Positions 30,160-42,995 of a stretch of DNA of 64,000 nt are shown piece after piece. The stretch is taken from assembly GCF_009914755.1 (NCBI RefSeq), contig NC_060931.1; one strand, given 5' to 3'. Below the pieces are notes generated by a model. That model saw nothing but the letters and a program-made list of their open reading frames with translations, had not been told where the DNA came from and ran no database searches. The position numbers and the translations under genes were made by a program. This DNA is from the human T2T-CHM13v2.0 reference genome, Homo sapiens. How positions within the stretch are numbered: position 1 is the stretch's first letter; each line of letters begins with the position of its first letter.

Positions 30160-31393
30160 GGTACTTCATTGCACGTTTAATGCTTCATGCAGTATTCAGA
30201 GCAGAGATAAGGGGGGGGATGGCTCACAGGTCCACAGGGACGTCACAGGCACAGGCGGGACACGGCGACGTGGCCGGGGCTGGGCGGGGAGGGGGACCCC
30301 ACGCATCGTAACCGCCAGCAGGGGAGGGGCTGCAACGAGCAGCCTCGGACCAAGGACAGCCTCCCCGGGACGCACGGGACAGGAGCAACATCGGGTGAAC
30401 TGCAATGACCTCGCTTGTCTTTCGGGGGAACCCAGGAATCCCCTGGGAAGCTTCTCTGCACTGGCCTCACCCTTTCGGGCCTGGCTGGCTCACGTCATCA
30501 CTGCGGGATCCAAGACACATTTAAGGGACAAGTCGGTTGAGCGGGTCGGGGCGTGTGGGGCCCGCGGCTGGCTTGACTTCTGCTTTCCCCCAACATCAAC
30601 TTGCCCTGGGTGGACTTTCTAAGAAAGGTGAGGACGGCCTGCTGGAGTCCCGCCAGCCCCTCCCAAAGGAACTTCGAGCCCGGCCCCCCCTACTGGGGTC
30701 TACCTGCGGCCGCGGCCCTGGCTCCCAAGGCAGGAGCCCCGTGTGTCTTGGCGCCCGGCTTCCTCTCCAATTAGGGGCAAGATCAATCTCACAGCTCAGA
30801 GACTCTCCCACTCCGGCATCCGCAGCAGGGCCCCCGGGGGAGGTGGGGGTGCGGCGGGGTGCAGTGGCGCGGGCAGGGGTACACATTTGCGGGAGGGGCC
30901 TTGACTTCTTCGGCCTCAACTCCCTGCTCTCAGCCTCATCTCCCCTGGGGGGCAGCCCCTTTTGACACACTTGCCCACACTCAGACGTCAATCTGGGGGA
31001 CCTGACCTCACAGGGTCACCAGGCCCCAGGGGCAACGTCCTGGCCTGGTTCTGGGGAGGACCGATCCTCAAGCATCTCCAGGAGACTGGCAGGGGTGGGG
31101 TGGGCCCCCCAGGAGAAGCCCACAGAGGCAGCCGGGGAGGCGTGTGGGGAGGAAGCTGGCCTGTCCCTTCCTTGATCTTGGGATGCATTTTGTCCGCTTG
31201 TCCTTTGATTTGGAAATGCACAAGGTGATCATTTATTCCAAAAAGTGAGTCCGGGGAAGGGGCAGTCCTCACGCTGCCGGGACCCAGCCCCACCCGGCCC
31301 ACACCTCACACAGCGGCTCCCGGGCCCCCGACACAGACGAGCAGGGCACGGCCACCACACTGGGGAGCTGGGGCTGCAGGGCGGGAGCTGTGC
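30160..31393 (-). other. PRKAR1B: PRKAR1B 3' UTR
   Basis: Lies between the TGA stop and ATTAAA. Confidence 0.8.
30176..30181 (-). terminator. PRKAR1B: PRKAR1B distal poly(A) signal ATTAAA (cleavage ~30160)
   Basis: TTTAAT on + strand about 1.2 kb past the stop codon, at the edge of unique sequence. Confidence 0.7.
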
Positions 31394-31816
<423 letters not shown>

Positions 31817-32046
31817 CTGCAGGAATGCCCAGGTGTGCCCAGGCCTCCCTTAGGACCCAGACCCCCAGCTGCAGGAATGCCCAGGTGTGCCCAGGCCTCC
31901 CTCAGGACCCAGACCCCCAGCTGCAGGAATGCCCAGGTGTGCCCAGGCCTCCCTCAGGACCCAGACCCCCAGCTGCAGGAATGCCCAGGTGCGCCCAGGT
32001 AGGCCTGGGCCTCCCTCAAGCCCACCCACCCCCAGCTGCAGGAATG
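31817..32046. repeat. 52-bp tandem repeat, ~4 copies
   Basis: CTGCAGGAATGCCCAGGTG anchors at 31817, 31869, 31921, 31973. Confidence 0.95.
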
Positions 32047-32352
32047 CTGGTGGCTGATGGCTACACTGTGCCCCCTCATCCCAGAAGCAGGAGGCTGCCT
32101 CCCCCAAGGTCATGCCCTCTGGGGGACCCCACGTCCAGGGCTCGTTGCTCCTGGGGACCCAGACCTGGCCCTGGGACTTCAATTTGGGGGAACAGGACTG
32201 AGCCTTCTGTTGCAGCCACACTGGGGCTCAGCCAAGCCCCACTACAAGGCCCCAGGGAAGCCCCCCAGCAGCTCCTCACCTCCAGGCCCCTCCCGAGACC
32301 CCAAATGAGATGGCCACAGCCGTGCGAGGGAGGGGACGCCCACTGGACTCAC

Positions 32353-32434
32353 CGAAGTAGTCAGAGGGTCCCAGGCGCCCCACCTCCACGTACTCCTCAT
32401 TGGGGGACCGGCGCTGCAGCACGGACGCGGTGCC
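32353..32434 (-). CDS. PRKAR1B: PRKAR1B penultimate exon (82 nt): [27 protein letters not shown](G)
   Basis: cag|GGC acceptor, TTCG|gtgagt donor; cNMP-binding domain B sequence. Confidence 0.98.
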
Positions 32435-32511
32435 CTGTGGGTGGAGGTGGAGAGACGTGAGTGCCAGCCAGGCGGGTGCAGGGTGGGACACACGTGAGGG
32501 GTCACCCCACA

Positions 32512-34237
32512 GGGGGTCACCACCCAAACCCCTACCTCCCACCCAGGTCCTTCTCCCAGAGCCACTGCCGACACCACGTCACCACCCAAACCCCCACCTC
32601 CCACCCAGGTCCTTCTCCTGGAGCCACTGCCACCACCACATCACCACCCAAACCCCCATGTCCTGCCCAGGTCCTTCTCCAGAGCCACTGCCACCACCAT
32701 GTCACCACCCAAACCCCCACCTCCCACCCAGGTCCTTCTCCCGGAGCCACTGCCACCACCACGTCACCACCCAAACCCCCACCTCCCGCCCGGGTCCTTC
32801 CCTCGGAGCCACTGCCATCACCATGTCACCACCCAAACCCCCACCTCCCACCCAGGTCCTTCTCCCAGAGCCACTGCCACCACCACGTAACCACCCAAAC
32901 CCCCACCTCCCGCCCAGGTCCTTCTCCAGAGCCACTGCCACCACCACGTCACCACCCAAACCCCCACCTCCCGCCCGGGTCCTTCCCTCGGAGCCACTGC
33001 CATCACCATGTCACCACCCAAACCCCCACCTCCCACCCAGGTCCTTCTCCCAGAGCCACTGCCACCACCACGTAACCACCCAAACCCCCACCTCCCGCCC
33101 AGGTCCTTCTCCAGAGCCACTGCCACCACCACGTCACCACCCAAACCCCCACCTCCCGCCCGGGTCCTTCCCTCGGCGCCACTGCCATCACCATGTCACC
33201 ACCCAAACCCCCACCTCCCGCCCGGGTCCTTCTCCAGAGCTACTGCCACCACCACGTCACCACCCAAACCCCCACCTCCCGCCCAGGTCCTTCTCCAGAG
33301 CTACTGCCACCACCACGTCACCACCCAAACCCCCACCTCCCACCCAGGTCCTTCTCCAGAGCTACTGCCACCACCACGTCACCACCCAAACCCCCACCTC
33401 CCGCCCAGGTCCTTCTCCAGAGCTACTGCCACCACCACGTCACCACCCAAACCCCCACCTCTCGCCCAGGTCCTTCTCCAGAGCTACTGCCACCACCACG
33501 TCACCACCCAAACCCCCACCTCCCACCCAGGTCCTTCTCCAGAGCTACTGCCACCACCACGTCACCACCCAAACCCCCACCTCCCGCCCAGGTCCTTCTC
33601 CAGAGCTACTGCCACCACCACGTCACCACGCAAACCCCCACCTCCCGCCCAGGTCCTTCTCCAGAGCTACTGCCACCACCACGTCACCACCCAAACCCCC
33701 ACCTCCCGCCCAGGTCCTTCTCCAGAGCTACTGCCATCACCACGTCACCACCCAAACCCCCACCTCCCGCCCAGGTCCTTCTCCAGAGCCACTGCCACCA
33801 CCACGTCACCACCCAAACCCCCACCTCCCGCCCAGGTCCTTCTCCAGAGCCACTGCCATCACCACGTCACCACCCAAACCCCCACCTCCCGCCCAGGTCC
33901 TTCTCCAGAGCTACTGCCACCACCACGTCACCACCCAAACCCCCACCTCCCGCCCAGGTCCTTCCCGCAGAGCCACTGCCACCACCACGTCACCACCCAA
34001 ACCCCCACCTCCCACCCAGGTCCTTCCCGCAGAGCCACTGCCATCACCACGTCACCACCCAAACCCCCACCTCCCGCCCGGGTCCTTCCCTCGGAGCCAC
34101 TGCCACCACCACGTCACCACGCAAACCCCCACCTCCCACCCAGGTCCTTCCCGCAGAGCCACTGCCATCACCACGTCACCACCCAAACCCCCACCTCCCA
34201 CCCAGGTCCTTCTCCAGAGCCACTGCCACCACCACAT
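32512..34237. repeat. 61/62-bp VNTR, ~28 copies
   Basis: Unit CACGTCACCACCCAAACCCCCACCTCCCGCCCAGGTCCTTCTCCAGAGCTACTGCCACCAC. Confidence 0.98.
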
Positions 34238-36269
34238 CCAATGCTGCTGCTTCTCCCGTTCCCGGCACCTGTGACCAGGGCATCTGAGCACCGCGGGACC
34301 TGCCCAGAGACCACCGTCCGGCCTGGCCCAGCTCCCATTTTTGTTCAGACACACAGCTCCTCGAAATGGAACTCACTGGCCCCCCGCACCTTTGCCGAGG
34401 CGAGCGGAGGAGCCGGGAGGGGACGCGCTGGGACCTTCCCTGGGGGTCGGTATCTTTGTCACAGGGCTGCCGGTCTCCAAGCTGACCTTGGACCAACTCT
34501 CAAGGACTGGGAGCTCATCCAGCCATCCCGGCCTCCCCGGGGAAAGGGGAGGGGGGCGCTGTCTCAGGGTCACATGCCTACTAAGCTCCCTCCTGACCCC
34601 CGACACGGGGAAGTGGGGAGGGGTCTGCGGGTTGCCCAGATCAATGATTAACACAGAGGCCGTGGGCAGCATATCACAGGGCACCGCCGCAGCACGTGCT
34701 ACGCACAGATGCAGCCTGCGGACGGCGGGGCTGGGGTAGCTGAATGTCCCCTGGACTCTGGTCCCTCCAGGGCCCCAGGTGTGGAAACCGCGGCCTGGCA
34801 CAGGGAAAGCGTGGGCTGTGTGGCCAGACGGGGCTGCCGTGTCACTGTCCCCCCTGAGACTCCGCCTGCCGGGAACCTAGGAATGTCCCGCTGACACTAG
34901 AGCCGCTGGGAAGACACACTAGAGAAGCTTCCTCTGAACAGCCGGGGAAACGGTCTGTCCTCAACACCAAACACCCTCAGCAGGTGTTGATGAATGTAGC
35001 TCTGTCGCCGGCCCTGCACGCCGCCGGCCTCAGACACTCCCCGAATTCCACTCTGAGCAGCTCTCTCTGCACCACGCTCCGACCGGTCCCTAGTCCCCGG
35101 AGGCAGGGCCCCGCGTCTGCCGCAGAAGTGCAGCACCTGCGTGAGGAATGTCACCATCCCATTTTACAGCCGGGGAAGCTGAGGCCCAGGAAGGTGGCAG
35201 CACCTGCAGCCTGGCCCTCCAGGGTCCGGAGACGGCACCATCCGGGTACCCAGGGATCACGTCCCCACAGCCCCAGCCGGCCTGGCAGACGGCGGCCCTC
35301 TGAGAGCAGCTGCTCTTGGAGAACAAACACTTCATTTCAAGGTGGGCTCGGTTCACCCTGGCTCACCCAGACCCAGCCTCAACAAATGCCAGCCAGGCTG
35401 TACCTGGGTTAATGAGTAACTCCCCACCTCATCAGTCTGGGAGAGATGTGGGTCAGGAGACCCTGCTGGTGCCCGCCACGCCTAGAATCTCCAGGCACCA
35501 ACTGGCAGCCCCTGTGACAGCCAGACCGCTGCCCTGGCCCCTGATCCGGCCGTGGGGCCACTCGGCTCCCAGGCCTCTGCCGTGTTTATGAATCCAGCTG
35601 ATGGATGAGCAGGACGTGTAAACAACAGACCGGGCGGCTGAGTGCCGCCACTGTGGGCAGGGGGAGACAGGGAGCGTGCCCTCAGCCGGGTGCCCACAGA
35701 CTCAGACCCCGGGCGCTGGAGAGAGGGAAGACTCCGTGGGCCCCCACCCACAGGAACAGCTCCCAGCTCTCCTCCCAGTCCTGGCACTGGCTCAGGCCAG
35801 ACCCGGGCACAGCTCTGGGCTCTGAGGCCCATGTGGGGGCAGATGGCGGAGGGTGAAACTCCTGGGCTCTGAAGCCACCGGCCCCAGCCTTCCCATAGGT
35901 GAGAACTCTGCTTCCTGGTCTTCAAAGCTGTGGCCACTCTGAGAATTCGGTGCGAGAAAATTTGGTTAGCTGGGGTCTGGAGCAGGCCAAGCCCCCGCAC
36001 AGGAGAGCCGCTGTGAGCGGCGTTATTTGTCTGGACAGCCCATCACGCTGACCTTGCGGACAGACGTCATCGATGCTCCCTTTGTGGCCATTTTTAACAC
36101 TTTCTGTTTCACAGCTGGGATTATTTTCCTCTCTCAGAATCCAGGCGATGAACCTGACGGCCTCTGGTTCACAGGATTACTTGGTGAAACCTGGGTGTGG
36201 AGCAATGTTCAGGTGCTTTTGACCCCAAATAGCAGAAAACCCAAATTGAGGCTGGTAAGGTCTAATAAA

Positions 36270-36575
36270 GGCCACGGATCCCACAGAGCCAGAAGACAGG
36301 GGAGGCCACGGATCCCACAGAGCCGGAAGACAGGGGAGGCCACGGATCCCACAGAGCCAGAAGACAGGGGAGGCCACAGATCCCACAGAGCCAGAAGACA
36401 GGGGAGGCCACGGATCCCACAGAGCCGGAAGACAGGGGAGGCCACGGATCCCACAGAGCCGGAAGACAGGGGAGGCCACGGATCCCACAGAGCCGGAAGA
36501 CAGGGGAGACCACGGATCCTGCAGAGCCGGAAGACAGGGGAGGCCACGGATCCCACAGAGCCGGAAGATAGGGGA
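36270..36575. repeat. 34-bp VNTR x9 (GGCCACGGATCCCACAGAGCCGGAAGACAGGGGA)
   Basis: 34-bp period by inspection. Confidence 0.95.
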
Positions 36576-39500
36576 GGGCTCCCAGGCCCATTTCATGGCT
36601 CGGAGGTGGCAGGGACCCAGCCTTGCTCTTGCTTCCTGCTCTGGGACCTCGGGGAGGTGCAAGGTCCTCAATCAGGTCCCTCATGGGGGCACAGAGGCTG
36701 CCGTGGCTCCGGGAGTCACCACAGGCCACCCCTACACCATCAGCAGAAAGACAGAACCTACCTCTTTCTCCTGCACTTCTCCCCTCAGCAGTGAGAAACC
36801 CTTCCAGAAACTCCTGGAAACATCCCCTCACTCCTCATTGGCCAGAGAGGGTCTCACGCTTGCCCTAAACCAGTTGCTGGGGAATATGACCCATGGGACT
36901 GGACGTGCCCCGCTCTGGGGAGGGGCTGAGGATTGGGATTCTGCCGGCAAGGAAGCGGCAGGGATGGGTCCGGGGAGCCCCCACGGGGCTGCTGTGCCGA
37001 CTGCTCCCGGACACACCACACTTTGTCACTAGTCACGCTGTCTGGATGCAAGAGCACACTGGCCGTGCTCGGTGGTCTCTGGAATCCGGTTCTAAGTGGT
37101 GGCATCTCCTAGAGGCCATTTGGAAATCGGCAGCATAATTACCACACGGATGACTTTTTTAATTGGAGGCATTCTCACTCTTCACACGCCCTGATAGGAA
37201 AGGATGCACAGGTACCTTCAGGCTGGACCCTCCTCTGAGGCTCTGGAGAGATGTGTTTTGTAAACCTCTGCTGTCTTTCCCTCCAGCCCGACCAGGGAGG
37301 GACTGACCACTGTCTGGGCAGCTGCTGCACCCCAGACCTTCACATGCCCCCTTTTTCAGGGCCCCAGCATGTTGTGGGGGGCATGAATTTCTCCACTTCG
37401 CAGATGGAAGCCCAGAGAGGTTGAGCAACTTGGCCAAGGCCACACAGTCAGAGTCCCGCTGCCTCCACAAGCAGATGACATCCAGCCCTACCCGAAGGCT
37501 GCAGTCACCCGTGGTGGTGGCCAGCACACCTGGCTCACAGGCCCTATTGCAGGAGGGGTGCTGCGAATTGGCAGACGGGAGCCCGGGAGGCAGACCCAGG
37601 CAGCGTGGGCTTGCATCCAGGCCCCCCACCTCAATGCATGACCAGATGCCCCCGCTCCGGGGACTCAGCCAGGTACAAGCCGTCTTCATCCCTCCTATGC
37701 TCATCCCAGCAGTGCGGCCCCTCCGGGCCCCTGTCTCCCTCTTGCATATGCCCCGGGAGTGGCCAGCACGAATTTTGCTTCAAGGACGCTCGGCTCCTGG
37801 CTGTCTCCAAGCTCCCAGGCACCCCCAGGCCACCCTGCACCCCTGAAGCCTTTGTGAGAACCACCATGAAGCCCCTGACCAGAACACAGCTCAGGTGGGG
37901 GCATTCGTGCTTCCCACCAAGAGTGACTGGACACCCACCACGTGCCAGGCACCGTTTTAGGCCACGGAGGAAACTTCTGGAAACCGACCCCTCAGAGGCA
38001 TCCCAGAGGCCACCAAAGCAAACCCACCCACCCCGACCCCAATCACCCCCAAACACAGCTTCACTGAGTTTCCACTGCGACGTGGGTTTGCCTGATGTGA
38101 ATGCAACCCTGCAACCGGCGGCCTTCGGATAATTAGAAGGGCCTCTGGGGACGTCCAGGAACGCAGTCACATAAAGGGGTAAAACACCGTCAATAACGCG
38201 GAACAGTCTTCCGCACGGAGTCATTCTGCTTTTGGAATTTGTATTCTTAGGAGTCACTGCCAAGACGGCCGGCAGGGGCCCCACCCGTGAGGCAAAGGGG
38301 TCGGTCCCCGAGGCGTCCGCGTTCATCCCTCCCGGAAGGGGCTGTGGCGCGGCTGGACAGGAGGGGCCGAGGCCAGAGGAAGGTGTTTGGTGCCTGTGGA
38401 TCGGGAACAGTTCCCCACGCACCTCCGGCACGTCGACCCTCCACCTTTAAGGTCAAGTTCATCCTTTCACCTTCTCCAAACACACCCCAGTAGAGCTGTG
38501 TCTTGAGCTCAGATGCCATGTTTCTGGAATGGAGAGGGGGACGCTGCCTCTGTCCCTGGGGCCGGGAAAGTCTGCGTCATAAAAGACACAGGTGCCTCCC
38601 CCGGCTCCCAGGGTACTGAAGAGTCCCCGTGCAAAGCTACCAAGTTCACGTGAACTAGACGCGGCCACTCAGCTGCCCCTTGCCCTCCCACAGCCGACCC
38701 CCACCTCTGACCTCCTGAGCTGCAGAGAACCAGGTGCGGCCCCTCCCACCCCCGGCCTGGGCCGGGCAGCTTCCGTTTCCAACCAGAGTCGGGGAGGAAC
38801 TGGGAGGAGGGGAGCGCGGTCTCCTCAGCGGAGTCTGGTGGCCCCGGGACTCCCTCCTCCTGCCCTCCCATCTCCACCAGGATCAGCAGCCAAGGAGGGA
38901 AAGAGGCAGGACCCTCAGAGCCCAGCAGACCTGGGTTCGAATCCCTTCCTCACGTCTCAGCCGCGTGACACCCGTGACCAGGCCCCTGGTGGAGCCACGA
39001 CTCGGGAGGGCCACATGGGACAGACACCCACCCACCTGACACACAACCATCACTTCTCAAGAAAGGGAGACATTTCTCCGTTCTTTCCACCGCACTGTTG
39101 CAGGGACTGTTTGTTACAGCAGCTCGGCCTCTCTCCCTAGCTGATACACCACCCTGCACACTGACGGTGGTGACAGTCCCCGTCCTGTGCCTGCGCACCC
39201 ATGGACATCTGTGCCAGATGCCTGAGTCCGACAGCAGAAAGACAGGGAACAGCAGAGGAGGGAGAAACAGGATGGACATGGACCAGGAGGGGCAGGGGTG
39301 CCGACCTCCAGCTGGCAGAATCCAGCACTCCCACGACATGGGCGGCCGCCGCAACCACCACGTACCCTCAGTTTCCGGGAGGCCCAGCTTGAGACGCACC
39401 ACGGTCTCTCAAGCTGTCGAAAGCTCTGGAAATAGACACTCCTGTCCAACTCCACTTCCCAGACTGCCACGAGGCAGCACAGACGCTCTCAGGAGGATTG

Positions 39501-39732
39501 AGAGTCTGGGTTTTTTTGGGCTGGAAAAACATGCTTGCCAAAACTCTAGGTCATACTCCCCAAATTTTCTCACTATTGATTCTAACCCGACTCTAAAAAT
39601 AACCCAGTGGCACAAACCTGGGAGGAGACGCCGCAGAACGTCCTGCCCTGGCCGTTGTCCGCAGCAGGGGAATCACAAAGGATTCATTTTCCTTGCGACT
39701 ATTTTGATTTTTTAAAATTTCCTGCAAAATCA

Positions 39733-40098
<366 letters not shown>

Positions 40099-40137
40099 CT
40101 ATAAAATCAAAACCAAAATCAACTTTTTGATTTTCTA

Positions 40138-40494
<357 letters not shown>

Positions 40495-41494
40495 TTAGCA
40501 TCAGCTTCCTTGGAAGGGGCCCCGGCTTCCTGTCCCTTGTCACAGCCTCCCTTGCCCGGCCGTGAGCCTCCAACGCTTCGGCTCAGAGGTCAGTCGGATC
40601 ACAGAACTGGGGGCAGACGGGGAGACAGGGTCCCTCCCTTTGGGTCCAGTGCTCCAGGGAGAACCTGGTGCCACAGGCGTGGACGGCGGCCCCGTCCCAG
40701 CCAGGTTCCCATGGACACAGACCATTTGCCTTCCTCGGAGCTGCCGATGCATCTCCCTTCTGTTTATTCTTCCAGGCTCGCCTTCAGTCACTCGTCTACT
40801 GCATTAGGGCTGGGACTACGGCCGTGAACGAGGAGGCCACATCCCTGCCCGGACCAGGACTCGGCACCCAGAGGGGAGGCAGACACAACCCACAAGGCCA
40901 CAGGTGCCTGACGCCAGGAGAGCCGAGAATCAGTTCAGGGGGCGGCCAGTGAAGGCCCAGCCACCAGCAAAGTGGCCTCTGAGCTGAGACCTCGAGGGCA
41001 GGAGGAGCCAGCCGGAGAAGACGTGGGGGCCGCATCCCAGGCCGAGAGAGGGGCTGGTGCCACGGCTGGGAGAAGAGGCTGGAGCAGGGGGCAGGGCCAG
41101 GACGGGGGCTCAGGGCAGTCAGAAGGGATCTGCTCCGTCTCAGGGCTGGTGGTCGCACTTCCCCATGCCCGGCAGGAGCCCCGAGTGGTGCAGGAAGGGC
41201 TCCCCGATACGAGGGGACCCCGATCTGGGGCCGACGCCAGGGAAGCACCGGAGCCCAGGCCCGCTGTGCTCATAGCCCAGACCAGAGACCGTCTGGACAC
41301 CCCCCGGGAGGAGACACACTAGGAAGCCCATCTCTTCCTATGCGGGACGCCACACGCGTGTGCAGGCAGTGAGCCGGAGTCTCGAGGCTCGCTGTGGAGT
41401 CAGGGAGGCCAGGAAAAGGCACATGCACCCCAAGTCCCTTATGTGAAGTTCTACAAGAGACAAATATATTCATTTTACTTAAATAAATATTTTA

Positions 41495-41740
41495 GGCTGG
41501 GCACGGTGGCTCACACCTGTAATCCCAATACTTTGGGAGGCCAAAGAAGGAAGATTCCTTGAGCCCAGGTGTTCAAGGTCAGCCTGCGCAACATGGCAAG
41601 ACCCCATCTCTACAAAAAGTAAATTAGCTGGACGTGGTGGTACCTGTGGTCCCAGCTACTCAGGAGGCTGAGGCAGGAGGATCACTGCAGCCCAGGAGTT
41701 GGAGACCAGCCTGGCTAGCAAAGCAGGACCCTGTCTCTAA
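41495..41740 (+). mobile_element. Alu (left arm plus hybrid arm), tail split by an LTR
   Basis: Alu body; the (AAT)n tail resumes at 42061. Confidence 0.85.
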
Positions 41741-41743
41741 TAA

Positions 41744-42060
41744 TGACAAGGTTTGGCGGTGTCCCCACCCAAATCTCATCTTGAGTTGTAGCTCCCATAA
41801 TCCCCACGTGTTGTGGGAGGGACCCAGGGGGCGGTAACTGAATCATGGCATGGGGTGACGGTTTTATAAGGGGCTTTCCCCGCTTTGTTCAGCTTTCATT
41901 CTCTTTCCTGCTGCCCTGTGAAGAGGTACCTTCCACCATGATTGTAAGTTTCCTGAGACCTCCCCAGCCAGGCAGAATCACAAGCGATTAAACCTCTTTT
42001 CTTTATAAATTACCCAGTCTCGGGCATTTCTTCATAGCAGTGTTAGAATGAACTAATACA
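41744..42060 (+). mobile_element. THE1-type (ERVL-MaLR) solo LTR with 5-bp TSD AATAA
   Basis: TG...CA termini; GTCCCCACCCAAATCTCATCTTG and ATTAAACCTCTTTTCTTTATAAATTACCCAGTCTC motifs. Confidence 0.92.
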
Positions 42061-42095
<35 letters not shown>

Positions 42096-42704
42096 TATTT
42101 TAAAAGAAACTTTGTATCACGACCATAAATGGAAACTGCTATCACTTTCCATAAATTAAAAAGTAACTAAAAGATTAAGCACAGCTGGAAAGGTGTTCAA
42201 CACACGAGCTTAACCCAGGCTTCCCCCTGACCTGGCCAGGAACAAATGGGACTGAGGAGGCTCCTGTCCTGCACCTTGGGCCAGGTCATCAGCACCAAAA
42301 TCGGGCCGCAGACCAAGAGTCGAAGAGTCTGGGTCCAGCCTCAGCTCTGCAATGCACCAGCCAGTCTCAGGCAAGGCCCATAGCTGCTCCAGCCTCAGCT
42401 GCCTCATCTGTTATATGGGACAACGCCAACCAATGCTACAGAGCGGCGGTGAGGCCAGATTACCCCAGCTCCAGGAGTTCCAGCACGTCAAACGGGACAG
42501 TCATCATGAGGGCGGCGGCCATGAGTGAACGTAAGAGTGGACAGACACCAAATGCCTTCTCAGGGCCACGGGGGCCACGACACGTTCCTCCCTCCAGTGA
42601 GACTCCTCAGAGCCTGGAAAATTCAGGCTCACTCCAGTGCCTTTACGTTTCCTGTGCACACATTTCCTGCCTGTGTGCTTCTGGACTTAGGCAGAAGCAG
42701 AATC

Positions 42705-42995
42705 CTATACATACACACACACGTGTGAACACACACACATACACACAGATGCATATTTGTGCACGCAAACACCTGCGCACACACACACTGGTACGTGCAT
42801 ACATGCACACACACCCCACACACAGGCACACAAACACACACACACACACACCTGTGCACACACACACGGGTACGTGCATACACACATGCACACACACCCC
42901 ACACACATGCACACACAGGCACACAAACCTGTGCGCACACACCTAGGCACAAACACACAGGCACACACGCCTGTGCACACACACACACACACATC
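42705..42995. repeat. Degenerate (CA)n tract
   Basis: Direct inspection. Confidence 0.95.

Noticed and set aside
32512-34237. CRISPR-like appearance of the regular repeats
   Set aside because: Head-to-tail units with no unique spacers; human DNA with no cas genes.
32400-34651. 624, 547 and 364 aa Pro/Thr/His-rich ORFs (extensin/mucin-like)
   Set aside because: Translations of a T-poor VNTR that cycle through all frames; antisense within an intron, with no gene structure.
41959-41971. PRDM9 hotspot motif in the THE1 LTR
   Set aside because: Reads CCTCCCCAGCCAG, mismatching CCNCCNTNNCCNC at two key positions.
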